A stretch of DNA of 64,000 nt from Octopus vulgaris (Eukaryota): contig OX597819.1 of NCBI GenBank assembly GCA_951406725.2, positions 74,710,001 to 74,774,000 on the forward strand, given 5' to 3'. Positions 12,700-24,910 of this stretch are shown piece after piece. Below the pieces are notes generated by a model, which was not told where the DNA came from, did not search any database, and worked only from the letters and a program-made list of their open reading frames with translations. Numbering within the stretch: position 1 is the first letter of the stretch; every line of letters begins with the position of its first letter. Made by a program: the position numbers and the translations under genes.

Positions 12700-13211
12700 C
12701 ATGCATACACACACACGCATGCATACACACAAACATACATATATGTGAATGCACACAAACACACACTGACCCACATTCATGTGCACAACCAAAAAGAACG
12801 CAGATTGGAGTCAAGAACTATTGAAAAAGTTGCAAGACGCAACAAAAATTTTAGTAAAGAATAAATCAGTAAATGAGTGAAAATTTCACCGGTGCGTGTG
12901 TTAAATTATAAGGAAGGCACTAAAAGAAGAATGACTCTCCCCAGACACAACAGCTCATGCATACACACACACGCATGCATACACACAAACATACATATAT
13001 GTGAATGCACACAAACACACACTGACCCACATTCATGTGCACAACCAAAAAGAACGCAGATTGGAGTCAAGAACTATTGAAAAAGTTGCAAGACGCAACA
13101 AAAATTTTAGTAAAGAATAAATCAGTAAATGAGTGAAAATTTCACCGGTGCGTGTGTTAAATTATAAGGAAGGCACTAAAAGAAGAATGACTCTCCCCAG
13201 ACACAACAGCT
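12700..13211. repeat. Apparently perfect 256-bp tandem duplication
   Basis: 12700-12955 repeats as 12956-13211; the ORF track gives the same peptide tail ..HSCAQPKRTQIGVKNY twice. Confidence 0.9.
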
Positions 13212-14351
13212 CATCTTTTTATTTTCTGGCAATTTTTTTTTTTTGCGGCGAATTTTCCTCTAACCGTATCAAGGCCCATGGCCTTCTTTAGTACGTTGTA
13301 TAAAAATTCAACATGGCGGCCACTAATCCACGAAAATGTATTAAAAGAGGCATGTTGAAAATATAGATAATAAATTACTGTGGCAAAGTAGATTCCGGTG
13401 GATTAAAATAATCTGGTGGAGTTTTTCTAAAACGCGGGGAGGGGAGGTGTTTGTTAAACACCGACTAGTAAAAGAGGTGGTGGAGAGGAGAGTCCCTGGG
13501 CTACAAAAATGAAGGAGGCACTGACCAATAAGTATCTTGGTGAGATCTGATCATTTCTGTGAATTGGTTGTTGCCTATCAATGTGAAGAAGTATGTGTGT
13601 ATGCGCGCGCGTGCGTACGAGTATGTGTATGTGTGTGTGTGTAGGAGAGAGAGGGAAAGAATGTGTGTGTATGTGTACGTGAGTATGCATGTATAATATG
13701 TGTGAGTGTGTGTGCGTGTGCATATGAGAGTGTGTGTATATGAACGTGTGTGTGTGTGAATAAATGCCTCAACGCATATTTGACAACATAGAAATTGTAC
13801 ATTAAAAGTTAGGTTTCCAAATAGATTTTTTTAGCAGCCACACCTCAGGCTCATTCACTATTGTTCTTACTTGTCATTGTTACAGGGTGTTGTAGCTCCG
13901 GTTTGAACGGGTCAGCCTAACCTAACGCATAAAGATAACAACAACAACAACACTAGAAATTTATACACGGACCAAGGCATTCACCTCGTCGACAGTGAAC
14001 GATGTCCCAATTTTTGATCGTCATCGAATCATCTAATACGCGATGGTAAAAAAAAAATCAGTCGAATCAAAACCGGTTCGTATCCCGTAACCATCTCTCT
14101 CTCACTCTCTTTTCATACACACACACACACAGAAAGGAAAGAGTACGGATAACCAGGGCCGGTCCCAGGAATATTCGAAGGGAGGGCACAAGGTCAGAAA
14201 GGAATACAATTAAAAGAGAAAAGGGCGTAGTAACATTATTTAGAAGGGCGCATTTCTTTTCTTGAAGGGGAACACATGCTACACAGCACCACCACCCCCA
14301 TCCGCCCCTATATAACATCATTTTTACTCCTCAATCCTTTACTGTTTTCAA

Positions 14352-14581
14352 AAGTGCTTCTCAACTCGGGTCCACATGACCCCTTCGGAGCCCGCGTAAA
14401 TTTTTGTTGTTAAAATTTATGCGCAATTTACTTCAACAATACACAAGCTATTTTGACTTTTTATACAATTTTTAATAATATTCAATTATAAAAAAATAAG
14501 AGTTTTGCAATAATCGAATGGGTATGAGGATCGGGTGGAGCAGAATGGGAATCACAGGCAAAAACGGGTTGAGGACCCCTG
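14352..14581. mobile_element. hAT-type MITE (old); related copy at about 57841-58010
   Basis: AAGTGCTTCTCAACTCGGGTCC ... GGTTGAGGACCCCTG; internal AATACACAA..ATTATAAAAA shared with the 57841 copy. Confidence 0.6.
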
Positions 14582-14643
14582 ATTTACATCAATACCCGAA
14601 GACAAATCCATAGCCATCTACACATGCACAATTCTACAGTTGC

Positions 14644-15053
14644 GGGATTTTTTCGGTCTGAACGGCAGTTTTTAACATAATTTCTAGGTAACTAAAAAAT
14701 TTTAAACTTCGTATACTGGTAGAATGTGTTTATAAAACATCTTTTTCTCTTGGCTTTATTGAGAAAATTCCATGGTTTGTAAGATATTTGTTGTTTTTTC
14801 TTCAATATCTGCAATTTCAACCAATCAATGACGTCCATTGAGGTAAAAAAAACACATTCTGTGCCGTATGAATATGTCCCTCGTTTAAGAAACAGATTGG
14901 GTTTATTTACACTTGTGAAGAAAAAAAAAGTTACCCTTCCCCCAACCCTAACCAGATTGAAATGCAATAGATCGATACTAGGGTCATAATTATGGGTGAC
15001 AATTTCATATGACACCGCTAGAAAAAAACTGCCGTTCAAACCGAAAATATCCC
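14644..15053. mobile_element. MITE with ~30-bp TIRs and 6-bp TSD, copy 1
   Basis: TIR GGGATTTTTTCGGTCTGAACGGCAGTTTTT / AAAAACTGCCGTTCAAACCGAAAATATCCC; TSD AGTTGC at 14638-43 and 15054-59. Confidence 0.9.
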
Positions 15054-15109
15054 AGTTGCGAGACGATGGATACTTGATCCTTTCAGACCTGGGTTCCTCA
15101 ATAATGATT

Positions 15110-15480
15110 CAAAGAAAACACAGAAGATGCAACCGGATCGAATGAAAGAAACACGAACGAAACCGCGTCAGGAAGAAAGAATGAAACGGAAGTTTGAAAC
15201 GAGTGAGCGTAAAAAAAAACAAAGAAAAAAAAAAGAAAAAGAAACGAGTGTTACAAAAAGACGAACAAACGTAAAGAAAAAGTAAATATAAAAACTGTAA
15301 AGAAAAAAAGTCAAACGTAAGAGAAAAACAAACGAGCGTAAAAACAAACATAAGAAACAAATAAAGGCAAGAAACAAACAAATGTAAGACACAAACAAAC
15401 AAATAAATGTATGAAACAAACAAGAAGTTTTCAAACGTTAAAAACAAACGAACGTAAGGAAGAAAATAAGAAACAAAGGG
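15110..15480. repeat. A-rich degenerate repeat built on AAACG/CGTAA units
   Basis: Recurrent AAACGA, ACGTAA and GAGCGTAAAAA units in an A-dominated tract. Confidence 0.6.
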
Positions 15481-16304
15481 ATTTGTACGTCGTCGCTCGA
15501 AGTGTTAGAAATAGCAGCAACATGCCTCTTAAAGCAAAGAAGAAAACACTGGATAATGTAGTCCAGGATAAACTTAAATCTGAATGCAAATGCAGGATGA
15601 TTAGTGTTGTAACACACCTTTGATTGTTAGTCCGTCTACTTACTCTAATAGGCACGACTCGGGGTTAAACAGCGACAACACAGACGAAATATAGACGAGC
15701 GAAAGACCCAATAATAAAGAGGATAAAGAGGGAGGGGGAGAGAGAGAGAAAGAGAGTGGGAGTGAGAGTGAATGAGTAAAAGCGTTGGGTGTGTCAACGG
15801 GAAAGGATGCTGTGCATCATGGCAATGAAAGGCTGGAGGAGGCTGGCAGAAAATTGGCTGAACCAATGAGATTGTAGAGTGAAGAATATGTTGTCTGCAG
15901 CAAACAGCCATTTACTGATTCCTGTGTTTGGTGGGAAGGAATGAACAAAAGGAGGGAGGGTTTAGCGAACAACTGATGTAGTCTTCGGGATTCTTACTCG
16001 TTCGTTCGTTCAAGTACGGAATATTCCTTTACAAGGAATTGCCAAGAGGAGGAGGAGGAGGAGGAGGGGAGAAGTCAAAGAGAGATGATAACAGACAGGA
16101 AGACGACGGGAGTCGAAGGAGGGGGGGGGAGTGAGAGATGTTTTATAAGAAAAAGACAAACATTAGTAAACATCTTTTGAGAAGAAAATTATGCAAAATA
16201 TTCCACGAGAAACAATATTCTATGATTGGTTATATCCGGCCATCCTCCCCCCCTCTCTCTCTACAGACACACACACGCACATACATATATATACACATAC
16301 ATTG

Positions 16305-16655
16305 TAGCACTCCGTCGGTTGCGACGACGAGGGTTCCAGTTGATCCGATCAACGGAACAGCCTGCTCATGAAATTAACGTGCAAATGGCTCAGCACTCCA
16401 CAGACACGTGAACCCTTAACGTAGTTCTCGGGGAGATTCAGCGTGACACAGAGTGTGACAAGGCTGGCCCCTTTGAAATACAGGTACAACAGAAACAGGA
16501 AGAAAGAGTGAGAGAAAGCTGCGGCGAAAGAATACAGCAGGGTTCGCCACCACCCCCTGCCGGAGCCTCGTGGAGCGTTAGGTGTTTTCGCTGAATAAAC
16601 ACTCACAATGCCTGGTCTGGGAATCGAAACTGCGAGTCCGCTGCCCTAACCACTG
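16305..16655 (-). mobile_element. SINE with the family C tail but a different tRNA head/central domain (C2)
   Basis: Minus head CAGTGGTTAGGGCAGCGGACTCGCAGTTTCGATTCCCAG, centre GCTCCACGAGGCTCCGGCAGGGGGTGGTGGCGAACCCTGCTG, then the family C tail. Confidence 0.85.
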
Positions 16656-16875
16656 CCCCCCCCCCCACCACACACACACACACACATACATACATGTGTG
16701 AAACGGATGAGATATAATGATTCTCAATATAGAAATCACTGAGTAGCGCGCAAACGATTTGAACTTACACTCCAAAACTTCCGCACAGTAAAAAGTGGCT
16801 ATAAGAGGAATCCGGGTGAGAAGCTATGGAGATAATGATGCGAATTAACAAAACTGCTTGGGTTTGATATATATG

Positions 16876-17335
16876 TATAATTTACGATCTGTTTTCTTGT
16901 GTGAATGGCTAGGCCTGCTTTGTTTCGTGCCACAAAACCACAATGACAGGTAAGGTTTCCATTTAGAGGAGCAGCGTCGTGCCAGCGTGCCCTCATGCTT
17001 GCACGAAGTTGGTCTCGGCGTTTGGAGACGATTTTGTTCAAATTTTTGAAGTGAGGAGAAGCAGGACTGATGCCAGGTCCAGCGTTCTGATACTTTTTGT
17101 TTTACCAGAACGAAAAGGAAATGTCGCATCGTTTCAGATTGTCTTTTGAAGCGCAAGAGTGGCCTTCCAATTGACCTTCCTGTTGGTAATTGGCCAAAGA
17201 GAAGTTGCTTCGGAATTCTGATATCGTTCATACGTGAGATATGACCTGACCATCTAAGCTGTATTTTGATGAGGATGGCTTCAATACCTGATACGTTACA
17301 TTTGTAAGTACTTCACTGTTATGAATATGGTCACT
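16876..17335 (-). mobile_element. RTE-clade LINE, 3' ORF fragment (pseudogenised)
   Basis: GIEAILIKIQLRWSGHISRMNDIRIPKQLLFGQLPTGRSIGRPLLRFK; after frameshifts a C-terminal finger TCHCGFVARNKAGLAIHTRK. Confidence 0.85.
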
Positions 17336-17509
17336 CCGTTTTATGTTTTAATTCACAAGCACTCAAGCAAACTGAGTCCTCAACTTGTACTATTTGCCAA
17401 AAGGTTTGCAAGGCACCAGCAGGCCCCAAGAGAGACATTCGTGTCCACAGAACATGATAAATGCCTTATTTTACTGAACTTTCATTTGTCGTTCACGACA
17501 AGAGAATCC

Positions 17510-17564
<55 letters not shown>

Positions 17565-17569
<5 letters not shown>

Positions 17570-17720
17570 ATCCAAATATGAACAAAGAGAAAACACAACT
17601 ACGCGAAGACGTGGAATAAGTAAGTGTTATTGGACACTCTTCGTCAGAAACATAAAGAAAGTCCAAAGAAGGGAAGACAGAGAAAGAAAATCGCCAACGA
17701 TACACACGCGGTCACATACA
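17565..17720 (-). mobile_element. Family D TA-associated element, copy with the hammerhead partly deleted
   Basis: Minus strand ..GTTTCTGACGAAGAG^TGTCCAATAAC..TTTGGATTAACTATA; colinear with 40212-40375 and 55215-55395; (TA)n on both sides. Confidence 0.7.
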
Positions 17721-17726
17721 TCATAC

Positions 17727-17777
<51 letters not shown>

Positions 17778-18057
17778 ATCCCGTCGTCACACCTTACAGC
17801 CTTCATCCACCTCCCCGCTTTATTTATTAACCCTTTACCTACCCACTTTCCTCGTTGACGGCTCAGGGATGCTAGGCTAGTTTTGTCTACTGCTCTGCCA
17901 TTCATACATATTGCCAGCCGACGACCCAGACACCTCGGACAATGAAGCTTGGCACAGTTAAATACCATCATCTTTATATTGTGCCAGATTTAGGACGAAG
18001 AACTATTCTCTCGTCTTCTGAGGGCATTTTCTAACGCATATAAATGAATACACATAC

Positions 18058-18126
<69 letters not shown>

Positions 18127-18413
18127 TGCAGTTGGTTTTGAACGTGAAACTTTTCCCTTTGAAGAAGAGTTTCCATCCCTGAGAACGATGTGGTTATAGA
18201 ATCTGTGTACTAAAGTTTTAGTGGCTAGGGTATTCGGCTCACAATCGAAGGGTCGCGAGTTCGATTCCCGGTGGCGCGCTGTATCCTTGTGCAAGACACT
18301 TTATTTCACGTTGCTCCAGTCCACTCAGCTGGCAAAAATGAGTTGTACCTGTAATTCACAAGAGGCTAGCCTTGTCATATTCTGTATGTCATGCTGAATC
18401 TCCCCGAGAACTA

Positions 18414-19110
18414 CGAGGGGGAGAGAAAAACTATACGCGCTCTTGTTTTTCCAATGTATTTACCCAAAAGCAAGGGATAAACAAGTTATTTTTCTGTATA
18501 GACTCCTTCCTTTTCGATGTACTTGGTCTCAGCGGTCGACAAGCTTGCATATTCCTTCCAAGAAGACGGTTTTCGGTTGGTTGTGCAGCCATTTATGCAC
18601 CGCTTTCTTCACATCATCCGTAGGAAATCGACGCCCTCGTAAACCATCTTTGAGCGGTTCAAAGGTATAATAGTCGGAAGGGCCGAAATCTGGGCTGAAG
18701 GTAGGGTGTTCCAGCACCTCAAATCCCAATTGGTTAATGGTTTCAACGGTCTGGGCGGCCGTGTGTTGGCGAGCATTGTCTTGCAGCAACAAAACTTCCT
18801 TCAACAATAGGCTTCGGCGTTTGGTGCCAATTGCTGGCTTCAGTTTCTTGGACAGCGAAGCACTGTGTCTTGCACTGTTGATCGTACACCCATTTTCCAG
18901 AGAAATCGGATCATTGCACTTTGTTCTTCTTTGGTGCACATTGTTAGTGGAGCGGCCATGCTTACACTGTAAAGCCAGAAAGAAAAATGGCGCGACCAGT
19001 TCAAACTTCGGTCATGTGACCACAATAGTACCAACTATGCGCTGAAGGCAGTGTGACAATAATAAAGATATGTCGCGATGAAAGTGCGGATAATTTTTGA
19101 CTTCCCCTCG
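18414..19110 (-). mobile_element. Internally deleted mariner (Tc1/mariner, probably irritans-like) transposon
   Basis: TA TSD at 18412-13 and 19111-12; TIRs CGAGGGGGAGAGAAAAACTATACGCGC / GTGCGGATAATTTTTGACTTCCCCTCG; peptides MAAPLTMCTKEEQSAMIRFLW and LLLQDNARQH..HPTFSPDFGPSDYYTFEPLKDGLRGRRF. Confidence 0.92.
18529..18960 (-). pseudogene. mariner transposase remnant (N-terminus fused to the C-terminal catalytic part)
   Basis: Degenerate DNARPH and YSPDLAPSD motifs; HTH and first Asp region missing; frameshift after IRFLW. Confidence 0.88.
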
Positions 19111-19607
19111 TACATTAAGGGTACACGTGTCTGTGGAGTGTTCAGCCACCTCTCCTCTCTCGATGTCCGCCGCCATAAGCTTAAAGCCATAGTTATCTGA
19201 TATGAAGGACTTCTATTAAAGGTCACACAGTCGGGTGGGCTTTCTTGAGAGAGGTGGGGAAACACGGGGAGAGAGAGAAAGAGAGGTTGAAACTTGGAGA
19301 TAGATAGAGAGGGGGGATGAAAAGAGAAAGGCTGCAATTTGTTCCCCATGAAATAAGTAGATGGCCAGATAAATGGTGGTTACTGGTTCAAGTTATGATG
19401 TCACTTTTTTTTTTATCGAAAACAGTTATCAGTAAGAAACGAGACTTGCTGTCTCGACACTGAATGACTGATGTATTATATATAATTTAAAGTGAAGAAA
19501 GGAGTGGAACAGCACCAATGTATGACTGGTACTTTGTTTAGTAAACAGATATGAAGTCAAGTTAAAAAATTTTAAATTACGGAAATTATGGCAAGGAAAA
19601 AAAGAGC

Positions 19608-20170
19608 AGCCATGGGTGTGTGGTAAAGCAGCTCGCTTTGGAACTATGTGGTTTCAGGTTCAGTTCCTCTGAGCAGCACCTCAAATAAGGATCTTCTACT
19701 ATAGCCTTGAGTGAGTGAATCTGGCAAGCAGAAACTGTATGGAAGCCCGTCTTGTGTATGTGTATCTGTGTGCGTGCGTGCAGCTTTTATGTTTTTTCCA
19801 CCACACTACCACCACCACCTGACAACCAGAGTTGGTTTGTTTACGTCTTCGTAACTTAGCGGGTCGGCAAAAGAGGTCGATAAAATAAGTACCCATCATA
19901 AAAGAAAAAGAAGTGCTGATGTCGATTTATTTGATTACAACATTGCAAGGTGGCACTACCGTAGCTAGAGTGTGTGCCGCTCGGGGCAGCCATTCTGTTT
20001 GCTGCCCCCGGAACCCACAAAAAACACATTGACTACAGCCGACCCAAAAGTGCCTCCCCTTTGAAAATGCCGCCCGGGGCGAATCCACACTCTAGCTACG
20101 CTAGTTTAAGGCGGTGCTCCAGCAAGGCCGCAATTTAAGGACAGAAATAAGCATAAAGAAAATAGATGAA
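19608..20170 (+). mobile_element. SINE family B interrupted by a hAT-type MITE
   Basis: GTGTGGTAAAGCAGCTCGC..GGTTCAGTTCC; 3' part AAGGCGGTGCTCCAGC resumes at about 20108. Confidence 0.8.
19954..20106. mobile_element. Small hAT-type MITE (about 150 bp)
   Basis: TIR ACTACCGTAGCTAGAGTGTG / CACACTCTAGCTACGCTAGT; flanks CAAGGTGG and TAAGGCGG each differ by one base from the SINE B consensus CAAGGCGG (8-bp TSD). Confidence 0.75.
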
Positions 20171-20479
20171 AGATAGCTGAAGTCATTAAAGCGACTAATT
20201 TTAAGTCGTTCTTGACTTACAATTCAGGACTTGTAAACAATGATAACACGGTTTATTCCATGGCCATTACACGTTTCTAGAACAGAAGCACGTTTAGGTC
20301 AATGTCTAAAATAAAACCATTAAACGAGTCATTTATCTAAGGTTTTCCTGTCGAATAATAATCTCTCTGACTTGTTTAATTTTTGGATTTATATTTCTGG
20401 ATAACGTTAACAGTCTTTGTGGATTATGTATTACCTTGGGGCTTCGTGATACATATTACAATTTTTATATATATGCACA

Positions 20480-20850
20480 GGAGTAGCTGTGTGGTAAGTA
20501 CCTTGCTTACCAACCACATGGTTCCGGGTTCAGTCCCACTGCGTGACACCTTAGGCAAGTATCTTCAATAGTCTCGGGCCGACCAAAACCTTGTGAGTAT
20601 ATTTGGTAGACGGAAACTGAAAGAAGCCTGTCGTGTGTGTGTGTGGGGGGGGGGGGTTGTCCCCACCATCACTTAACAACCGATGTTGGTGTGTTTACAT
20701 CCCCGTAAATTAGCGGTCCGGCAAAGGAGACCAATAGAATAAGTACTAGGCTTACAAAGAATAAGTCCTGGGGTCGATTTGTTCGATTAAAGGCGGTGCT
20801 CCATCATGGCCGCAGTCAAATGACTGAAACAAGTAAAAAGATAAAAGAAT
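20480..20850 (+). mobile_element. SINE family B, near full length
   Basis: GGAGTAGCTGTGTGGTAAG..GGTTCAGTCCCACTGCGTG..GCAGTCAAATGACTGAAACAAGTAAAAAG. Confidence 0.9.
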
Positions 20851-21054
20851 ATATATACATAGAGTGAGTGAAAAGTAGCGCTCAATTGCTGTTTTAGAGT
20901 TGATATGTTTACAGACTAGGATATCAAAGAGTATCAACATAGTAAGCCGCAAAACAAAGACAGGCATAGCTTCCCCAGAAACTGGGCGCTACTTTTAGCT
21001 CACCATGTATATAAAGATACATATACACACACACACATATATATACATACATAC

Positions 21055-21870
21055 ATTACATGGAAAAATACGAGCAAGAGAAAAATTATTCCTACGATTA
21101 TAAACCTAGAAAATTACAGGACAATTTATTACGCTTGGAAAAGTTCGGGGCAAGTTATTACATCTGGTAAAGTACAGAACAAGAAAGTTTTTACTTAAAA
21201 TATTGCAGCTCAGGATAAAATTTCAAATAAAATATTTAGATTCAGAAAATATTTTCATTTATTAAAATTAAAAATTTTATTACAAGTTATTACTGCTATT
21301 TAAATTTTTTTAAATAACTCAAAATATTTTTAGCACTTCAAAAAAATTCATTTTTTAAATTATTATTTAATAATTAGAAATTTGAAAATAGGTTGTAAAA
21401 AATAATAGTAGTACATAATTAGTACAATAAATAGAATAATATCAAAATTAGTTATATATTACAGTAAATTCACAGTAAAATTTGCTTGAGTTATTGCCAA
21501 GTCTTCACATTTTTAGTCTTGACCCAATGCCTATTTTTTACATAATGAATTTGCCTACCATATATACTATTCTACTTTGTATAAAACTGTAGCTATATTA
21601 GTACTTCTGGCTCTCATTTTTTAAGTATTCTAGAGTGTCGATATTTTAATAAAATGGTACCTTTTTAAATTATAATGTTACTTTGTAAATTAAAATCAAA
21701 TAATTTTTGATATTCAAATTTTACCCTGAGCTGCAATATTTGAAGTAAAGAATTTTCTTGTTCTGTACTTTACCAGACGTAATAAGTTGTCTTGAACTTT
21801 TCCAAGCGTAATTTTCCAGGTTTATAATCTAAAGAATATTATTTCTCTTGCTCGCATTTTTCCATGTAAT
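21055..21870. mobile_element. Fold-back element/MITE with about 170-bp terminal inverted repeats
   Basis: ATTACATGGAAAAATACGAGCAAGAG..GCAGCTCAGGATAAAATTT versus AAATTTTACCCTGAGCTGC..CTCTTGCTCGCATTTTTCCATGTAAT; AT-rich non-coding spacer. Confidence 0.85.
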
Positions 21871-22574
21871 CCATGTTTTTCCCAGGCTATGCTATTATGC
21901 TAATTAATAATGTGTCAAATGTGTCAATTACAGGTGTCGTTGATAATTTTTCCTTACCTCAATGACGCCCGTGACATATATTAAAAGTCCCCATACAGAA
22001 CTACATTCATAAAAAAAAGTATAGAACTATATTATCACTCACAAATTTGAGAAACAAACACTCACAAAATTATCTTTTGAAACTTCATTGCTCTATCATT
22101 TAAGCTTAATTAGAATATAGTTTGTTTTTAACATAAAAAAGTTAATTATACTTCAATCCAATTTTTTTTCTTCCTAATATTTTTTCTATGATATTTTATC
22201 TCTCAACTTTTTTTATACAAATTTTTGTTGCATGGGAACAAAACTACCAAATTTTTCATGCTTTCTTCTATCATTGAAGCTAAGATAAATATATTTTGCT
22301 CTTAAAATAAAAAAAGTTATTTAGATCTAAACTTGATTGGTGGCTTTACTCACTCGTCTATAACATTGCTACAAATTCTGATGTAAACTTTTCTCTACTG
22401 GATCAAATCTCAATTTTTTTATGCCAAAATGTAGCAAGGGACCAGCCCCCTTCAAAAATGTTAACGGCTTTCAATTTGGTTATGAACTTAATTAGCGACA
22501 AAGCTCTGAAAAGTGCTACGTGTGAGTAAATTGCGACCTTAAGAATAATATTATCAACTACGGTAGTAGTTGAA

Positions 22575-22611
<37 letters not shown>

Positions 22612-22661
22612 CACACAAACACACATATATATATACACTATATATGTACACACAAAGGTAT

Positions 22662-22708
<47 letters not shown>

Positions 22709-23373
22709 AAGAGAGAGGGGGATTAGTGATGCAAACAGGAAAATAGAACACAAAACGTGAGTATTTATATATTTTTCCTTGATAATCAGCTGAAGTTACG
22801 GAGTGACTCAAGGACCGATATTTTCGTGCGTTGTTTGATGAGGGCCAACGCATGAAACTCTCGCTCCTTGAATTACTTCGTGGCTTCTACTGTTTATTAT
22901 TTGAAAAAAAAAAAAAAAAGAAAAACGTGTATGTGTGTGTCTATATAAATATGTTTGTGGATAGATAGATAGATAGAGAGACAGACAGACAGATAGGTAT
23001 TCCAATATGGGTACACCTCATAACATTGGGGGAGGCAGAGATAACTTTTTATTGAATGGAATTCCAAAATTTAACAGCTGGTTATTTTATCAGTGTTTGA
23101 AGGCAGAAAAATTGAAAAATAAACCCAAGCCCTGCCAGATGTGAACTTGGAATCTATAAAAACGTAGAGGAAATCTACAAAAACATAATCTTGGTCAATG
23201 TTGCATCAATTCCGTCGTTTAATCACCAAGGCTGTATGGTTATATAAAATGATAAAGAACGCTATGCTTTCTTGAAGTGATAAAAGCTTTATGGTGAGTC
23301 AGCTCTAATGTCAAAAACTAGAATACGAAACAACTTGCGTCTCAGAATTAAAAAAAAAAAAATCAAAAGGAAA

Positions 23374-23496
23374 AAGAACTACATAAAGGGTACGCGTGTC
23401 TGAGGAGTGCTCAGCCACTTGCACGTTAATTTCACGAGCAGGCTGTTCCGTTGATCGGACCAGCTGGAACACTCGTCGTCGTAACCGACGGAGTGT
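23374..23496 (+). mobile_element. SINE C tail
   Basis: GGAGTGCTCAGCCACTTGCACGTTAATTTCACGAGCAGGCTGTTCCGTTGATCGG..CCGACGGAGTG. Confidence 0.85.
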
Positions 23497-24092
23497 CAGG
23501 TGATGAGAATATACATGTGCGTCTTTCGACTTCTCATGCGTAATCTCTCTTCTTCTCCTCCTCTTCCTACTACTACTACTACTACCACCACTTAGCCCGT
23601 TGTGAATGGCAACCATAAAACTTGGGCAACTAATGCTGTTGGACGATGAAACGTCATTAACATCACCACAAAAGGCCTCCAATTACTTTAGAAAAGATTT
23701 TGGCTTCTGCAATCAATTTCCAAAGTTTTGGAAGTTGTATAACCCCCTCCCCACACACACACAAACTCTCTCTCACTCTTTCCTCCAATAGATCCGCGCG
23801 TGTGTGCGTCCTTCCATACATTGCTTTCTCTGAAAGTTCTGTACCAAATGACATTATACTGTGGGTCGCCTTATCAGAAATAGCCAAGTCGTGAGGGTTG
23901 CTAATGTCAACGTAACTGCATTCACGCACACACACACACACACACACAACAGCGCTGTTTTTGTAAAAAAAAAATAAAGTACTTACATCAGTATTGTGTG
24001 TGCGTGCGTGTGTGTGTAGATTGTATGTAGCGTGTTTGAGTGTTGATATTTGATTTGTAAGTAATTTTTAAAAAAATTAATATTTGATGAGG

Positions 24093-24910
24093 AAGGTGGC
24101 AAGTTGGCAGAATCGTTAGCACGCCGGGCAAAATGCTTCGGCAGCATTTCGTCCGTCTTTACGTTCGGAATTCAAATTCCGCCGAGGTCGGCTTTGCCTT
24201 TCATTTTCTCGGAATCGATAAAATAGGTACAAGTTAGACACAATTTACCCAATTCCTTAAAATTGATGGCATTGTGCAAAAATTTGAAACCGATATTTAA
24301 TGAGAAGAGATAGAAATATGATCGAAGTCGGATCATATTAGTAAAGACTGAATCACAAATCAAGTCTGGTGTATTTTGTGGGTCTGAAGAATAAAGCTAA
24401 TCTTTGGGATGCAGTTTTCACAAAGATATCGAGATGTGACCAGGGTGTACAAGATGGGAGAGATAGGTCACCTGATACATCTATCCGGGGCTCATTCGAG
24501 ACAAGCAAGAACCAAGACAATAAATATCTGAAGGGGACCCTGCACTAAAAGAAAAAATAAATGTCTGACGGTCATTTGAAATTGAAGAAGCGATCGTCCC
24601 CTACCACCCGGGGCCAGAAAGCAAATCCCGTTTAGCCAAGTAAAATTCCTGTTGCAGTCTTCCCCATCCCTGGATAAATATATATGGCTACCATGACAAA
24701 TCAACGAAATATTATATAAACTAAATTTGTTGAAGGGTTGTACATTTAATAGGCACAAGGCCTGAAATTTAGGGAGATTCGGGTGGTCGATTACGTTGAC
24801 CTCAGTGCTCAACTGATGATAAGGATGACCTCGGCAGAATTTAAATCCAGAACGTAGAGACGGACGAAATACCGCTAAGCATTTGGCCCGGCGTGCCAAC
24901 GATTCTGCCA
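24093..24910. mobile_element. Two SINE A copies in opposite orientation (24093-24295 +, 24750-24910 -)
   Basis: AAGGTGGCAAGTTGGCAGAATCGTTAGCACG.. and ..CGGCGTGCCAACGATTCTGCC. Confidence 0.8.

Larger units (their letters stand above)
18218..19150 (+). mobile_element. SINE family C interrupted by a mariner element
   Basis: Head GTGGCTAGGGTATTCGGCTCAC..GAGTTCGATTCCC; body GAATCTCCCCGAGAAC-TA resumes after 19110 as TA-CATTAAGGGTACACGTGTCTGTGGAG. Confidence 0.85.

Noticed and set aside
21981-22543. Possible Kolobok-like element ending GCGACC-TTAA
   Set aside because: The matching left TIR is too weak to support a call.
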